A DNA stretch of 64,000 nucleotides from assembly GCA_964565925.1 (NCBI GenBank), contig CAZMGV010000005.1, positions 64,100-128,099 of the forward strand, read 5' to 3'. The stretch's first letter is position 1. Every line of letters starts with the position of its first letter. Position numbers and translations under genes: made by a program. The stretch is from an uncultured bacterium. GTDB lineage: Bacteria; JAGRBM01; JAHCIT01. The notes under the pieces were generated by a model. It saw only the letters and a list, made by a program, of their open reading frames with translations, made no database searches and was not told where the DNA came from. This document shows positions 9,174 to 18,886 of this stretch, one piece after another.

Positions 9174-9967
9174 TGGCGCGACCCTCCAATGCCAAGGTTG
9201 AGCAGCAATGACGTGATGAAGTAGTCGCCGACCAGGACCAGCACCGACGCCGTGACAACGGCGGAAGTCGTCGACCGCCCAACGCCCCGCGCGCCGCCTG
9301 ACGTGAAAAACCCGACGTAACAACCGACCGTCGAGAGCACGAATCCGAAAACCGTGGACTTGATCCACATGTTGTTGAGGTCGCCCCAGTCGATGAACTC
9401 GATCACGTTCTGCCACCAGGTGCCCGGCGAGATCTGGAGCACTACGGTACAGACGAAATAGCTGCCGATCCCGCCAACAAAGACGAACAGCAGCGTTAGC
9501 ATCGGGACGACCAGGGTTGTCGCGATCACTCTCGGCACAACGAGATATTTCACCGGATCTATCGCCATGGCACCCAGCGCATCGATCTGCTCGGTCACGC
9601 GCATGGTGCCCAGTTCGGCCGCCATTGCGCTTCCGCACCGGCCGGTGACCATGAGGGCGGTGAGTACCGGGCCCAGTTCACGGATCAGCGCAAGCATCGT
9701 CGCGCCGCCGATCAGTCCCTCCGCGCCGAACCGCTGGAACGCATTCCCGAGCTGCAGGGAAAAGACCATCCCGGTAAACATGCTGGTCAGCAGAATAATG
9801 ACGCTGGAGTTCACGCCGACAATAACCGATTGTTCGATGATCATCGCTGCCCTGAACGGGCGTTTAAAGGCGAATCCGACGGACGCACCCGCGAGCCGCG
9901 TGTAGCGGCCGAGGATTTCGAGCAGGTGCAGTATATACCCGCCCAGCGCATCCAGCATGATCACCAT
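9170..9967 (-). CDS. mlaE: ABC transporter permease, MlaE type
   Basis: 265 aa from MVIMLDALGGYILHLLEILGRYTRLAG, with multiple TM segments and the conserved MlaE-like EQIDALGAMAIDPVKYLVVPRV segment. The longer track ORF overlaps alr and is a frame artefact. Confidence 0.8.
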   Translation of the reverse strand: MVIMLDALGGYILHLLEILGRYTRLAGASVGFAFKRPFRAAMIIEQSVIVGVNSSVIILLTSMFTGMVFSLQLGNAFQRFGAEGLIGGATMLALIRELGPVLTALMVTGRCGSAMAAELGTMRVTEQIDALGAMAIDPVKYLVVPRVIATTLVVPMLTLLFVFVGGIGSYFVCTVVLQISPGTWWQNVIEFIDWGDLNNMWIKSTVFGFVLSTVGCYVGFFTSGGARGVGRSTTSAVVTASVLVLVGDYFITSLLLNLGIGGSRQ

Positions 9968-11100
9968 GGCGCGGCCATCCCGATATGTACCCGCGGGACC
10001 CGGCGGGAGACGTTCGTGAATACTTCGTAGGTAATCGTACCCAGGCGTTCCGCCCATTCTTCGGCAGAGATCGCGGCGCTCCCGTCCGCCCCCAGCAGCA
10101 CGGCGGTGTCGCCCGCTTTGGCGGCGGGGACTTCCGTCACATCGGCCATGATAAGGTCCATGGAAACGCGGCCCACAATGGGCACGCGCTTCCCGCCGAT
10201 CACGACTTCGGTGCGGTTGGTGAGCGAGCGGACAAACCCGTCTGCATATCCTACGGCCAGAACCGCGATCCGCGAATCCCGTACGGCAGTCCACACTCCA
10301 CCGTACCCGACGGCGTCACCCGCATTGACCAATTTCACCTGACGGATACGTGCCTTCCAGACGAAGGCCGGCTCCAGAAGGATGTCGGTCCGGGTAGACG
10401 GAGACATATGGGCTCCATAGAGCATAATGCCGGGGCGGACGAGATCGTGCTGGGCCGCCGGAATCAGAATGGCGGCAGTCGAATTCGACAGATGACGGAA
10501 TAATCGCTTCTCAGAGATAGCCTCCACAAGGGTTACGGCCTCCCCGAAAACTTTGAGCTGTTTTTGGGTCAGGTCGGAGCCGGGTTCATCGGCCGCCGCC
10601 AGGTGGCTCATGATGCCTTCAAGCGACAGCCCTTCGCTCGCCATGATCTTTCGCGTGATGCGTTCCAGGTCTTGCGGGAGTACACCGAGCCGGTGCATGC
10701 CGGTATCAACTTTCAGGTGAACATGTACCCTGCGACCCCATTTGCGGCCTTCATAATCCAGCTTCTCGATCAGGTCCTCGTTGTACACCGCACACTGCAG
10801 GCTGAATTCGCGCACGGCCTCGGCTTCCTCCGGTTCGGCTCCGCCAAGCAGCAGAATTGGGGCCTGGATTCCGCCCATGCGGAGTTCAACGCCTTCTTCA
10901 AGGCGCGCCACACCGAGCCATTCGGCTCCGGCGCCAACCAGCGTTCGCGCTACCGGCACGGCACCATGGCCGTAGGCGTCCGCTTTGACGATACCCATGA
11001 CGGATACGCCGGGGGCCATACGGTCCCGGATGCGGTGGTAGTTGTTGAGGATCGCCCGCAGGTCGATCTCGACCCAGGTGGGGCGGGGCATCTCTTCCAT
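9961..11100 (-). CDS. alr: Alanine racemase
   Basis: The PLP-binding N-terminus is VKADAYGHG (the Lys-PLP motif). Typical downstream blocks include VSMD.IMADVT and a C-terminal ...NVSRRVPRVHI. The start is at MEEMPRPTWVEIDL (about 11100), or possibly 11121. Confidence 0.8.
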   Translation of the reverse strand: MEEMPRPTWVEIDLRAILNNYHRIRDRMAPGVSVMGIVKADAYGHGAVPVARTLVGAGAEWLGVARLEEGVELRMGGIQAPILLLGGAEPEEAEAVREFSLQCAVYNEDLIEKLDYEGRKWGRRVHVHLKVDTGMHRLGVLPQDLERITRKIMASEGLSLEGIMSHLAAADEPGSDLTQKQLKVFGEAVTLVEAISEKRLFRHLSNSTAAILIPAAQHDLVRPGIMLYGAHMSPSTRTDILLEPAFVWKARIRQVKLVNAGDAVGYGGVWTAVRDSRIAVLAVGYADGFVRSLTNRTEVVIGGKRVPIVGRVSMDLIMADVTEVPAAKAGDTAVLLGADGSAAISAEEWAERLGTITYEVFTNVSRRVPRVHIGMAAPW

Positions 11101-11263
11101 AAGATTGCAATAGAATACCACCGGACAGAGGGCGAGTGGTGTACCGAAATCATCCGGACATAGCCGGCGCGCGAGGCTAAATAAGAACCGATTTCAGCAA
11201 CCCGCCTTTGGTTCCATATGGCCATAGAACAGCTAGAATGATCACTGATCCGTCGGAAAGAGA

Positions 11264-13435
11264 TTGTTGGGGACAGTGCGAGCGCTCGTCGTCACCGGAA
11301 ACATCAGGCTTTCGGCCAAGTTGGCCGAGGTGCTCCAGCCGTTTGCGCCGCAAGTCGACCAGTGTGCCGATGGGGAGGCCGCCCTGCTCAGTTTTGAGCG
11401 TAATGACTATCAACTGCTGGTAACCGACCTGGCGCTTCCGAAGGTTGCGGGGCCCGAATTTATCCGCCGAATCCGGAGTCTGGACCGGGGGAAATCGGTC
11501 CCGATACTGTTCATGAGCCCGCCGCTGAAGGACAAAGGCTTGCCGCAACGACTGGCCCGTACCTATTCACTGAGTGCCTATCTTGAAATGCCGTTCCCGT
11601 TTCCGCGGTTTCTCGACGCTGCAAAGAAGGCAGTCGAAACGAATGGCCAGTCCCCTCGACCAGCATCCGGGCAGGTTTCGGCTTCTGTGCAATCAACGTC
11701 ACAGGCGCCTGGCCTGCAGCAGGTCCAGTCGGCCGTAGTCCCGGTAGCCGCGCCTCAACCGTTGCGGCCCGCTTCCGGACCCAGACAGATTTCCTGGGGT
11801 GTCGCGGGACCGGGTGTGCTGCCCAATCTGGAAGAGGTAATGCTACTCGTCCGTAACGAGGGCTTCACCTGCAAGGGCCGCCTGACCGGCGGGGGGAAAA
11901 TCGTTCCGGTCAATTTTCACAAGGGACTTCCGATGGCGGAGTTTACCGGTGCCGGGCATCCGATTCTGGAAGACCTGAACAAGTCCCAGGTGATCACTCC
12001 TCAAGAATTTGAACGCTTGCGAAAGATTTCGCCGCCCGCCGAAGTTGAACGGCTGCTTGTCGGTGCGGGTGTGCTGGCTCCGGGCGATCTCGCCAAACGG
12101 CGTGTGGAAATACTTGGTACGAGGCTTGGCGAGGCGCTCCGCTGGCCGCAGGGCGTTCTGACCGTGGAACCTCAGTCGGCCGATGCCGGACCGACCGAGC
12201 GCCTCTACGGCGAACTCGCTCTGGCCCATGCGGTTGCTCATGACGTGCGGGCGTCTACCAACCCGCTCAAGCTGGGCACGCTGCAGAACCAGCTTAAGAC
12301 AGCCTGGCTGGCACCCGGCAAGGAACTTCCGTATTTCGCGAGGCTTCTGCCACTGGATGCCGACGAGGAGCGGATCGTCGATCAGGTACAACGGCCTGTC
12401 GCCGTGCAGTCGATCGTGCAGAGCGTTCGTGACCCGGATACCGCCTGGAACGTGATCCGCATTCTGCTCGCGCTCCGGCTCGTGACCCGGCACGCGCAGA
12501 TGCCGCATGGCGTGACCGTCGAGTTCCCTCTTTCACTCAGGACCCTTCACAAGCCGAAAACGTCGGCAGAGGCCCGGAAAAATGTCGGCGATGATTCATT
12601 GGAGCTGATTGATATCTCCGGGGATCTTGCCGACGACCTGAACGATATTGTCGGCGACATCCGCCAGAAGGCGGCGCCGGCCGTTCCTGCGGCGGGCGGG
12701 CAGCAGTCGGATCTCCAGAAACTCGAGAACGAGCTGTTCGATGAGCTCGAGAAGGCCAAGAAGCTCAACTATTACGAACTGCTCGGCACCAAGAAAAACG
12801 GCTTCAGCTTTCAGGACGCCAAGAAGCGGTATTTCGAGGTTCAGCGCAAGTTCTCGCCCGACAAGTTCATCATGTCGTCCGGGGATGTCATGGGAAAGGC
12901 GCAGGAACTGCTCGAAAAGCTATCGGCCGCATTTGAGACGCTGTCGGATATCAAGAAGAAGGAGGCCTACGACCAGAAGCTCTCGCAGCAGAAGCTGATG
13001 AGCGGCGAGGGCGCCTCGGGCGGCAAGACGATTCAGGCGGACGTGGCCTACCAGAGCGGGCTTGCCTTGATGGAAGCGGACGAATGGGATTCTGCCATCA
13101 AGCAGTTCGAACTGGCCCGAAAAATACAGCCCGGTATCACGAACCACGAGGTTAACCATGCATGGGCGTTGTATAAAAATCCGAAGAACAAGGGCAATAC
13201 CACCGTTCTGGCCGAGGTGAAGAAAATGTTGAATGCGGCGGTCGTGCGCGATCCCCGGTGCGCCATCGGTTTCACCTATCGTGCGTGGCTACTTGTGGAC
13301 GAGGGCAAGGTCGATATTGCCGCCATGGAGTTCAGCAAGGCACTCCGGATTGATGCGAACCTGAAGCTGGCGCAGCAAGGCCTCCAGAAAGTGGAAGCGA
13401 TCCGCAAGACCCAAAAGAAAGGTCTGTTCGCGTGA
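11264..13435 (+). CDS. Multidomain protein: degenerate receiver-like N-terminal domain, central region of unknown function, J-like domain with a degenerate HPD motif (SPD), and C-terminal TPR repeats
   Basis: The N-terminus RALVVTGN...LLVTDLALPKVAG is receiver-like but lacks the acidic pocket. The J-like segment is KKLNYYELLGTKKNGFSFQDAKKRYFEVQRKFSPDKF. The C-terminal QADVAYQSGLALMEADEWDSAIKQFELARKIQP...AMEFSKALRIDANLKLAQQGL matches TPR. The start is TTG at 11264 or GTG at 11276. The stop overlaps the next gene by 4 bp. Confidence 0.55.
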   Translation: MLGTVRALVVTGNIRLSAKLAEVLQPFAPQVDQCADGEAALLSFERNDYQLLVTDLALPKVAGPEFIRRIRSLDRGKSVPILFMSPPLKDKGLPQRLARTYSLSAYLEMPFPFPRFLDAAKKAVETNGQSPRPASGQVSASVQSTSQAPGLQQVQSAVVPVAAPQPLRPASGPRQISWGVAGPGVLPNLEEVMLLVRNEGFTCKGRLTGGGKIVPVNFHKGLPMAEFTGAGHPILEDLNKSQVITPQEFERLRKISPPAEVERLLVGAGVLAPGDLAKRRVEILGTRLGEALRWPQGVLTVEPQSADAGPTERLYGELALAHAVAHDVRASTNPLKLGTLQNQLKTAWLAPGKELPYFARLLPLDADEERIVDQVQRPVAVQSIVQSVRDPDTAWNVIRILLALRLVTRHAQMPHGVTVEFPLSLRTLHKPKTSAEARKNVGDDSLELIDISGDLADDLNDIVGDIRQKAAPAVPAAGGQQSDLQKLENELFDELEKAKKLNYYELLGTKKNGFSFQDAKKRYFEVQRKFSPDKFIMSSGDVMGKAQELLEKLSAAFETLSDIKKKEAYDQKLSQQKLMSGEGASGGKTIQADVAYQSGLALMEADEWDSAIKQFELARKIQPGITNHEVNHAWALYKNPKNKGNTTVLAEVKKMLNAAVVRDPRCAIGFTYRAWLLVDEGKVDIAAMEFSKALRIDANLKLAQQGLQKVEAIRKTQKKGLFA

Positions 13436-14163
13436 TATCGATTGTTATCCCGGCGTACAATGAGGAGTCCCGGCTGCCGCCGACGCTGGACAGTTTCCTG
13501 GCGTATTTCAGGCAGCGGGGCGAACCATTCGAGCTGATTGTTGTGAATGACGGATCTAAGGACGGAACTGCGGACTTGGTACGAAGCCGAATGAAGGAAG
13601 CTCCTGAACTGCGGCTCGTCGATCAGCCAAAGAATGGCGGCAAGGGAAGTGCGGTGAAGGCGGGGTTGCTTGCGGCAAAAGGTGAGCTTTGGCTGTTCAG
13701 CGATGCCGATGAATCAACACCCGCAGAAGATTTCGCTGCTCTGAAGACGGCAATAGACGGCGGTGCGGATTTGGCGATGGGTTCCAGGGCGATCAAGGGA
13801 TCGAAACTCGAAATCCGGCAGTCGATTTACCGCGAACTGCTCGGCCGCTGCTTCAACCTGGTCGTGAGGATCATTCTCTGGGTCCCGTTCCGCGACACCC
13901 AGTGTGGGTTCAAGGTTATGCGAGCGGTGACAATGCGGCCGGTGATCGAGCAGCTTCGCACTCCGCACTTCGGGTTCGATTTCGAGATTGTCTACCGGGC
14001 ACACCGGAGAGGGCTGCAAATCGTCGAAGTGCCGGTCACCTGGCGTGATCGAGCCGGCAGCAAGGTGAATGTACTGCGCGACGGCATGATCATGGTGGGC
14101 AGTCTTTTCCGGATCCGGCAGATGGTCCGCCATGAACTGAAGGCGGCTCCTGAAAAGCGATGA
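13432..14163 (+). CDS. GT2-family polyprenyl-phosphate glycosyltransferase (DPM1/ArnC/GtrB/CsbB-like)
   Basis: MISIVIPAYNEE...ELIVVNDGSKDGT...LFSDADESTP (DXD) ...MGSR. This is the classic dolichyl/undecaprenyl-phosphate sugar synthase architecture. It is coupled by ATGA overlaps on both sides. Confidence 0.8.
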   Translation: MISIVIPAYNEESRLPPTLDSFLAYFRQRGEPFELIVVNDGSKDGTADLVRSRMKEAPELRLVDQPKNGGKGSAVKAGLLAAKGELWLFSDADESTPAEDFAALKTAIDGGADLAMGSRAIKGSKLEIRQSIYRELLGRCFNLVVRIILWVPFRDTQCGFKVMRAVTMRPVIEQLRTPHFGFDFEIVYRAHRRGLQIVEVPVTWRDRAGSKVNVLRDGMIMVGSLFRIRQMVRHELKAAPEKR

Positions 14164-16919
14164 CTCCCGGTACCGATCCTGCTCCCATGCAGGCCTCCGA
14201 ATTCGAGGCAATGGCGGCCGTTGAGGACCGCCATTGGTGGTTCCGCGGAAAACGAGAAATTGTCACGCACCTGCTGCGCAAGGCTGGCGTAACCGGAAAA
14301 ATCCTCGACGCGGGATGTGGCACTGGCGGAAACCTGCCCGCCCTGATGGAGTTCGGCGAAGCCGTTGGAGTTGAGAAAGATCCGGTTGCACTTGAATTCG
14401 CCCGTCGGAAACATGGCGGACAGGTTGTCCAGGGTGAAATGACGGCGCTGCCGTTCCTGGACAGCGAGTTTGACGGGATCATCACCACCGACGTGCTGGA
14501 ACATGTCCCCGATGACCGCAAATCGCTGTCGGAACTGGTCCGGGTGCTGAAGCCGGGCGGGACGCTGCTGCTTACGGTCCCGGCGCATCCGTTCATGTGG
14601 ACGGGCCATGATGTCGTGCTGGGGCATGCGCGGCGATATACGATCGAGAGCTTTCGGGCGCTACTCGCGACGTCGAGGGACGTCGACATCGAGAACGTCT
14701 CTTATATGAACTGTGCTGCGTTCCCAGCCGCGGCTGTACAGCGGTGGAGGCGGGCAAGGCGGGAGCATGCTGTTGGCAAACCGGATCTCACCAGCGACAC
14801 AGCCGATGTGCCGTCCGCTGCTGTGAACGAACTCGCCTTCGGGCTCTTTGCCGCGGAACGGTGGGTCCTCCCGCACTTTTCGCTTCCCTTCGGCGTGTCG
14901 ATTGTTGCCGTATTGCGGAAAAAAAAGGCAGTCGAGACGGAATACCCCGAAGCACACGGAGAGCCGTTACCCTTCGGCTGGCTGATGATAGCCGCTGCAA
15001 TGATGTTGCTATGCGCGCCAATCCTGACAGGCGAGTGGCTAAGCGGGCACGAAGGTCCGGCCTATCTGTTCCGTGCGGCCGAGTTTCATCGCCTGTTTGA
15101 GCAGGGTGCGTGGTATCCCAGATGGTGCGTCGATTTTTATTGGGGATATGGCTACCCGTTTTTTGTGTTCTACCCGCCAGGAGTTTTTTATCTGGCCTCC
15201 TTGTTTATGACGTTTGGTGCCGGTGCGGCGGCGGGCATACATATTGGAGCTGTAATCTCGAACCTGTTGATGGTGGTCGGCAGCTATCGCTTCGCATCAC
15301 TATTCACCCGGTCGCGTAGCGTTGCATTGGCTGCTGCCTTTGTAGCCTGCCTGGCAACATACCGTTTCGTCCAGTTTCACGTACGGACGGACTATGCCGA
15401 AGCTCTCGCGACCGGAATTCTACCATGGGTTCTGGTCGAAGCGACCATTCTGTGCCGTCGAAGCGATTTGCGGTCGGCAGGCCGGCTCGCGTTTCTTCTG
15501 GCGGCCGTATTTTACTCACACACTATCACTGCGGTGATCACTAGTGCCTGTTTGGGATTGATGGGATTGGCGATGATTTCCCGGCGCCGGCCCGCCGGGT
15601 TCTGGCGGATCGGGTTGGCTTCTGCGGCCGGGCTTGTGCTGGCCGCTGCATACTGGGTCCCGGCAATGCTGGAACAGAAATATGTCAATGCGGAAAAGTT
15701 GATCGAAAAATCCTCTGTCATCAACTACGACTACGCGGATCACTTCCTTTATTTAAGCCAGCGGTTCAAGGGTGACTTTCTATATGGGGTATCGGTATCT
15801 GGACCAAACGATACAATGCCGTTCTCGAGTTCATGGCTCTTCTGCTCATTGGGGGGGGCGGCCATTTTCATGCTGCTGTTCCGGCCGGAATGGCGCCGTA
15901 AACACTGGCCGGTTGTAACCAGCTGGCTGATGGCCAATTTCATGATGTTCGAGCCATCCATCTGGCTTTGGAGACATCTGCCGCTATTGAAATTTTTCCA
16001 GTTTCCCTGGCGCTTTCTGCTCCTGGATGCGGTGATGGCGGCTCCACTAACTGCCATCGTTTTGGATGAGGCGATTCGGTGGAAAAAGCCTGACCGGATA
16101 GTCGTTGGACTGTTATGGACGTGCCTCATAATTGCGGCTGGATTTTATTTCAGCTTTGCGGTCAGGGACACGTTCTGGATTGCCTTTTCAGGCGTACACC
16201 GGAACTCCACCGTGGTCGGCTGGTATTGGCCGTGGGTGTCATGCGCTGCTCTATTCGCAATGCTCGTCATCTTTTTGCTGGGTTCCGGGCATGTTCATCA
16301 TTATCTCCGGATCGTGGTGATCGGAGCGTTCCTGTTCGCGCTGCCCTGCTCGGTCTCGTCACTGCTCAAGGCGATGTACACGCCCATGAAAATAGACAAT
16401 GATCTCGCGCAGGCAATAGAAGAGCCCCTGTATATGCAACGCTATGGCGTCGTAACGCCTCTGGGTAATATCGTCCCGGTCGTTACTGCCGCGCAGGATG
16501 AATATCTGCCGAAGACGGCACATGTTGATCCTGCAGTCCCTCCCAAAGCGCCTGCACGGATCGCATCGGGTTCCGGAACAGCCGTAATGGATAACCAATA
16601 CGGGGATCGGCGGATATACAACGTTAATATGGAAACTCCCGGCCGGTTCGAGGCGGCTTATTTTTACTATCCGGGAGTTCGCTTGAGTGCGGACGGAGTT
16701 GAGAGGGAACCGGAGATTGGACCAGACGGATCCGTAATGACCGATCTGGATGCCGGTCCTCATCGCATCGAGGTTTGGTATCAGGGTTCAAGGATACAGG
16801 CGATTTCCGGGGCAGTCAGCCTGGTCGGGTTTATTTGCGTTTCCATAATGTATTTCTTGAAGTTCTACGGATCGAAATATCGGTCATCTCCGAATGTCGA
16901 CGGAGATTCGGATCAATGA
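14160..16919 (+). CDS. Fusion protein: N-terminal class I SAM-dependent methyltransferase (~230 aa) plus a large polytopic GT-C-like (YfhO/PMT/ArnT-like) membrane glycosyltransferase domain
   Basis: The methyltransferase motifs are ILDAGCGTGGNLPAL (motif I), DGIITTDVLEHV and LKPGGTLLLTVP. More than 10 predicted TM helices follow, with a first-loop motif HEGPAYLFRAAEFHRLFEQGAWYPRWCVDFYWGYGYPFFVFYPPG that is conserved in the downstream paralog. The C-terminal soluble region is ~250 aa. Confidence 0.6.
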   Translation: MTPGTDPAPMQASEFEAMAAVEDRHWWFRGKREIVTHLLRKAGVTGKILDAGCGTGGNLPALMEFGEAVGVEKDPVALEFARRKHGGQVVQGEMTALPFLDSEFDGIITTDVLEHVPDDRKSLSELVRVLKPGGTLLLTVPAHPFMWTGHDVVLGHARRYTIESFRALLATSRDVDIENVSYMNCAAFPAAAVQRWRRARREHAVGKPDLTSDTADVPSAAVNELAFGLFAAERWVLPHFSLPFGVSIVAVLRKKKAVETEYPEAHGEPLPFGWLMIAAAMMLLCAPILTGEWLSGHEGPAYLFRAAEFHRLFEQGAWYPRWCVDFYWGYGYPFFVFYPPGVFYLASLFMTFGAGAAAGIHIGAVISNLLMVVGSYRFASLFTRSRSVALAAAFVACLATYRFVQFHVRTDYAEALATGILPWVLVEATILCRRSDLRSAGRLAFLLAAVFYSHTITAVITSACLGLMGLAMISRRRPAGFWRIGLASAAGLVLAAAYWVPAMLEQKYVNAEKLIEKSSVINYDYADHFLYLSQRFKGDFLYGVSVSGPNDTMPFSSSWLFCSLGGAAIFMLLFRPEWRRKHWPVVTSWLMANFMMFEPSIWLWRHLPLLKFFQFPWRFLLLDAVMAAPLTAIVLDEAIRWKKPDRIVVGLLWTCLIIAAGFYFSFAVRDTFWIAFSGVHRNSTVVGWYWPWVSCAALFAMLVIFLLGSGHVHHYLRIVVIGAFLFALPCSVSSLLKAMYTPMKIDNDLAQAIEEPLYMQRYGVVTPLGNIVPVVTAAQDEYLPKTAHVDPAVPPKAPARIASGSGTAVMDNQYGDRRIYNVNMETPGRFEAAYFYYPGVRLSADGVEREPEIGPDGSVMTDLDAGPHRIEVWYQGSRIQAISGAVSLVGFICVSIMYFLKFYGSKYRSSPNVDGDSDQ

Positions 16920-18886
16920 TATCCGGCAAGGATGTCGTGAACGTTGGCCAAGGAGTTTCTGGCGAGTTGCCTGAGCATGCTCTCCTCTTGCGGATACTTT
17001 TGGTCGGCTTACTGATTTTAACAGCGGCGATCCCTTTCCTCTGCTGTGCCTGGTACGAAACGCATGACGGGTTGACGTACGCAGTGAGGGCCGCCGAGTG
17101 GTCTTACCAGTTTCAGAGCGACGGCGTTTACCCCCGGTGGGCATCGAACTTTTACTGGGGATTCGGATATCCGGTTTTCAACTACTTCCCTCCGCTCGCG
17201 TACTTTCTCGGTCATCTCGTCATGCTCTCGGGACTGACGGCACCGGCAGCCATCAGATGTATCGAGCTCGCGGCTTTTCCGCTCGCGTTTTTCGGATTGT
17301 TCAGGCTTTGCCGCCTGTATGTCGACTCACAGAGCGCTTTTGTCGCATCGGTCGCCGGAATGCTCGTCCCGTACCGGCTCGTTGATGTCTACGTCCGCGG
17401 GGATCTGGCGGAGTCTCTTGCGTTCGCACTGTTCCCGTTCGTGCTGGCGGAAGCGGTTCTCTGTTCCCGTCGTTCCCATATCCGGGACGGTTTCAGGCTG
17501 GCCGTATCGCTTGCTCTCGTTTTCTATGCTCATACGCTCACGTCATTCATGTGCTCAATCGCGCTGGCGGTATTCGGTCTCTATCAATTGCGGTTTCGCC
17601 GTTGGGGCGGCTTCTTCCGGATCGGTGGCTGGAGCGCAGTGGGGCTGTGCCTGTCAGCGGCCAGCTGGAGTCCGGCTGTCATTGAACGCAAATACGTCAA
17701 TGTAAATGTGGCCACGCATGCACGCGAATTCTATTCTTACTTCTGGGGCGATCACTTCCTCGAATGGTGGCAACGATTCGATCCTTCATTCGGTTTCGGG
17801 CCGTCCGTGGCAGGACCGGCCGACCAGATGAATTTCATGATCAGCTTTGTGATCCTGGGGGCGCTGATCTGGGCCATAATATCCCTGAAGACGCCTGAAG
17901 GCCGGAGCCGGTACGGCGTATTGCTCGCCGCATTTGCTGCAGTTCAGTTAATGATGCTTGGGATCTCACGTCCTCTGTGGGCACACGTTCCATTTTTCCC
18001 TTTTTTCCAGTTCCCCTGGCGTTTCCTGATTCTCGACTCAATTCTGGGCACGCTGGTTCTGGCAAAAGTTCTGGAAGAACTTTCTCCCGGGAGATGGCAG
18101 ACGCTTTATCTGGCACCGGTCATGGCCACCGGCGTGGGTATTGCGGCTGTCATTTTCAAAACGCCATGGACCGGTCTGTCCGGAACACCTGCGGTCTGGC
18201 TCGGAGCGATCGCGGCGGTGGCAGCCGTGCTGACGGTAGTTCGATATAAGGGGCTGGATCGCTGGGCGCTTCTGGCGCTATGGGCGATTACGGTCCCGGT
18301 GATGGCAAGTGTCGTCGGGCACGCACAGAAAACGGAATTTCCGTCGGCGGTGATCTGGCATAATCCGAGTTTTACCGACCCGGTAATTAGGGAGCAGACT
18401 ACGCTTCGCCGCCGCGACGGCGTGATGGAGCCCCTTCAGACGACCGGCACGAACGAGTTCCTTCCGCTTACAGCCGATCCTCCGCCGATTGAAGCCATGC
18501 GCGCCGTTGTACAATTCGAAGGGCAATTGGAGGGCGCTGCATACAAGCTGGTGGAACGGACTGGTACCAGGAGGATGTGGGAGGTCGTCACACCATCGAC
18601 CCAGATGGTGCTGCTACCGATATTTTTCTTCCCCGGCATGTCAGTCGAACTGAACAGTCAGGCAGTTGCTCCGCTGCCGGGAAAATACGGGCTGCTCCGG
18701 GTCTCGGTTCCTCCCGGGCTCAACCAGGTGGCTGTTCATTACGACGGAACCGCTGTGCAGCATCTGAGCGAACTGGTGTCGCTGGTATCGGTCATTCTGC
18801 TGGCGGGATTGTGGGTGCTGGTGCGGATACGCGAGCGGGTCCAGGGCGAGGTGGATGGTTCGAGTCAGGGAGTGGCGGGGAAGTAG
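16916..18886 (+). CDS. GT-C-like polytopic membrane glycosyltransferase (paralog of the membrane domain of the upstream fusion protein)
   Basis: Shared motifs with 14160..16919 include HDGLTYAVRAAEWSYQFQSDGVYPRWASNFYWGFGYPVFNYFPPLAYF and FFQFPWRFLILD. The start (MISGKDV...) overlaps the upstream stop in an ATGA. The 703-aa track ORF begins 141 nt earlier, inside the upstream gene. Confidence 0.6.
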   Translation: MISGKDVVNVGQGVSGELPEHALLLRILLVGLLILTAAIPFLCCAWYETHDGLTYAVRAAEWSYQFQSDGVYPRWASNFYWGFGYPVFNYFPPLAYFLGHLVMLSGLTAPAAIRCIELAAFPLAFFGLFRLCRLYVDSQSAFVASVAGMLVPYRLVDVYVRGDLAESLAFALFPFVLAEAVLCSRRSHIRDGFRLAVSLALVFYAHTLTSFMCSIALAVFGLYQLRFRRWGGFFRIGGWSAVGLCLSAASWSPAVIERKYVNVNVATHAREFYSYFWGDHFLEWWQRFDPSFGFGPSVAGPADQMNFMISFVILGALIWAIISLKTPEGRSRYGVLLAAFAAVQLMMLGISRPLWAHVPFFPFFQFPWRFLILDSILGTLVLAKVLEELSPGRWQTLYLAPVMATGVGIAAVIFKTPWTGLSGTPAVWLGAIAAVAAVLTVVRYKGLDRWALLALWAITVPVMASVVGHAQKTEFPSAVIWHNPSFTDPVIREQTTLRRRDGVMEPLQTTGTNEFLPLTADPPPIEAMRAVVQFEGQLEGAAYKLVERTGTRRMWEVVTPSTQMVLLPIFFFPGMSVELNSQAVAPLPGKYGLLRVSVPPGLNQVAVHYDGTAVQHLSELVSLVSVILLAGLWVLVRIRERVQGEVDGSSQGVAGK

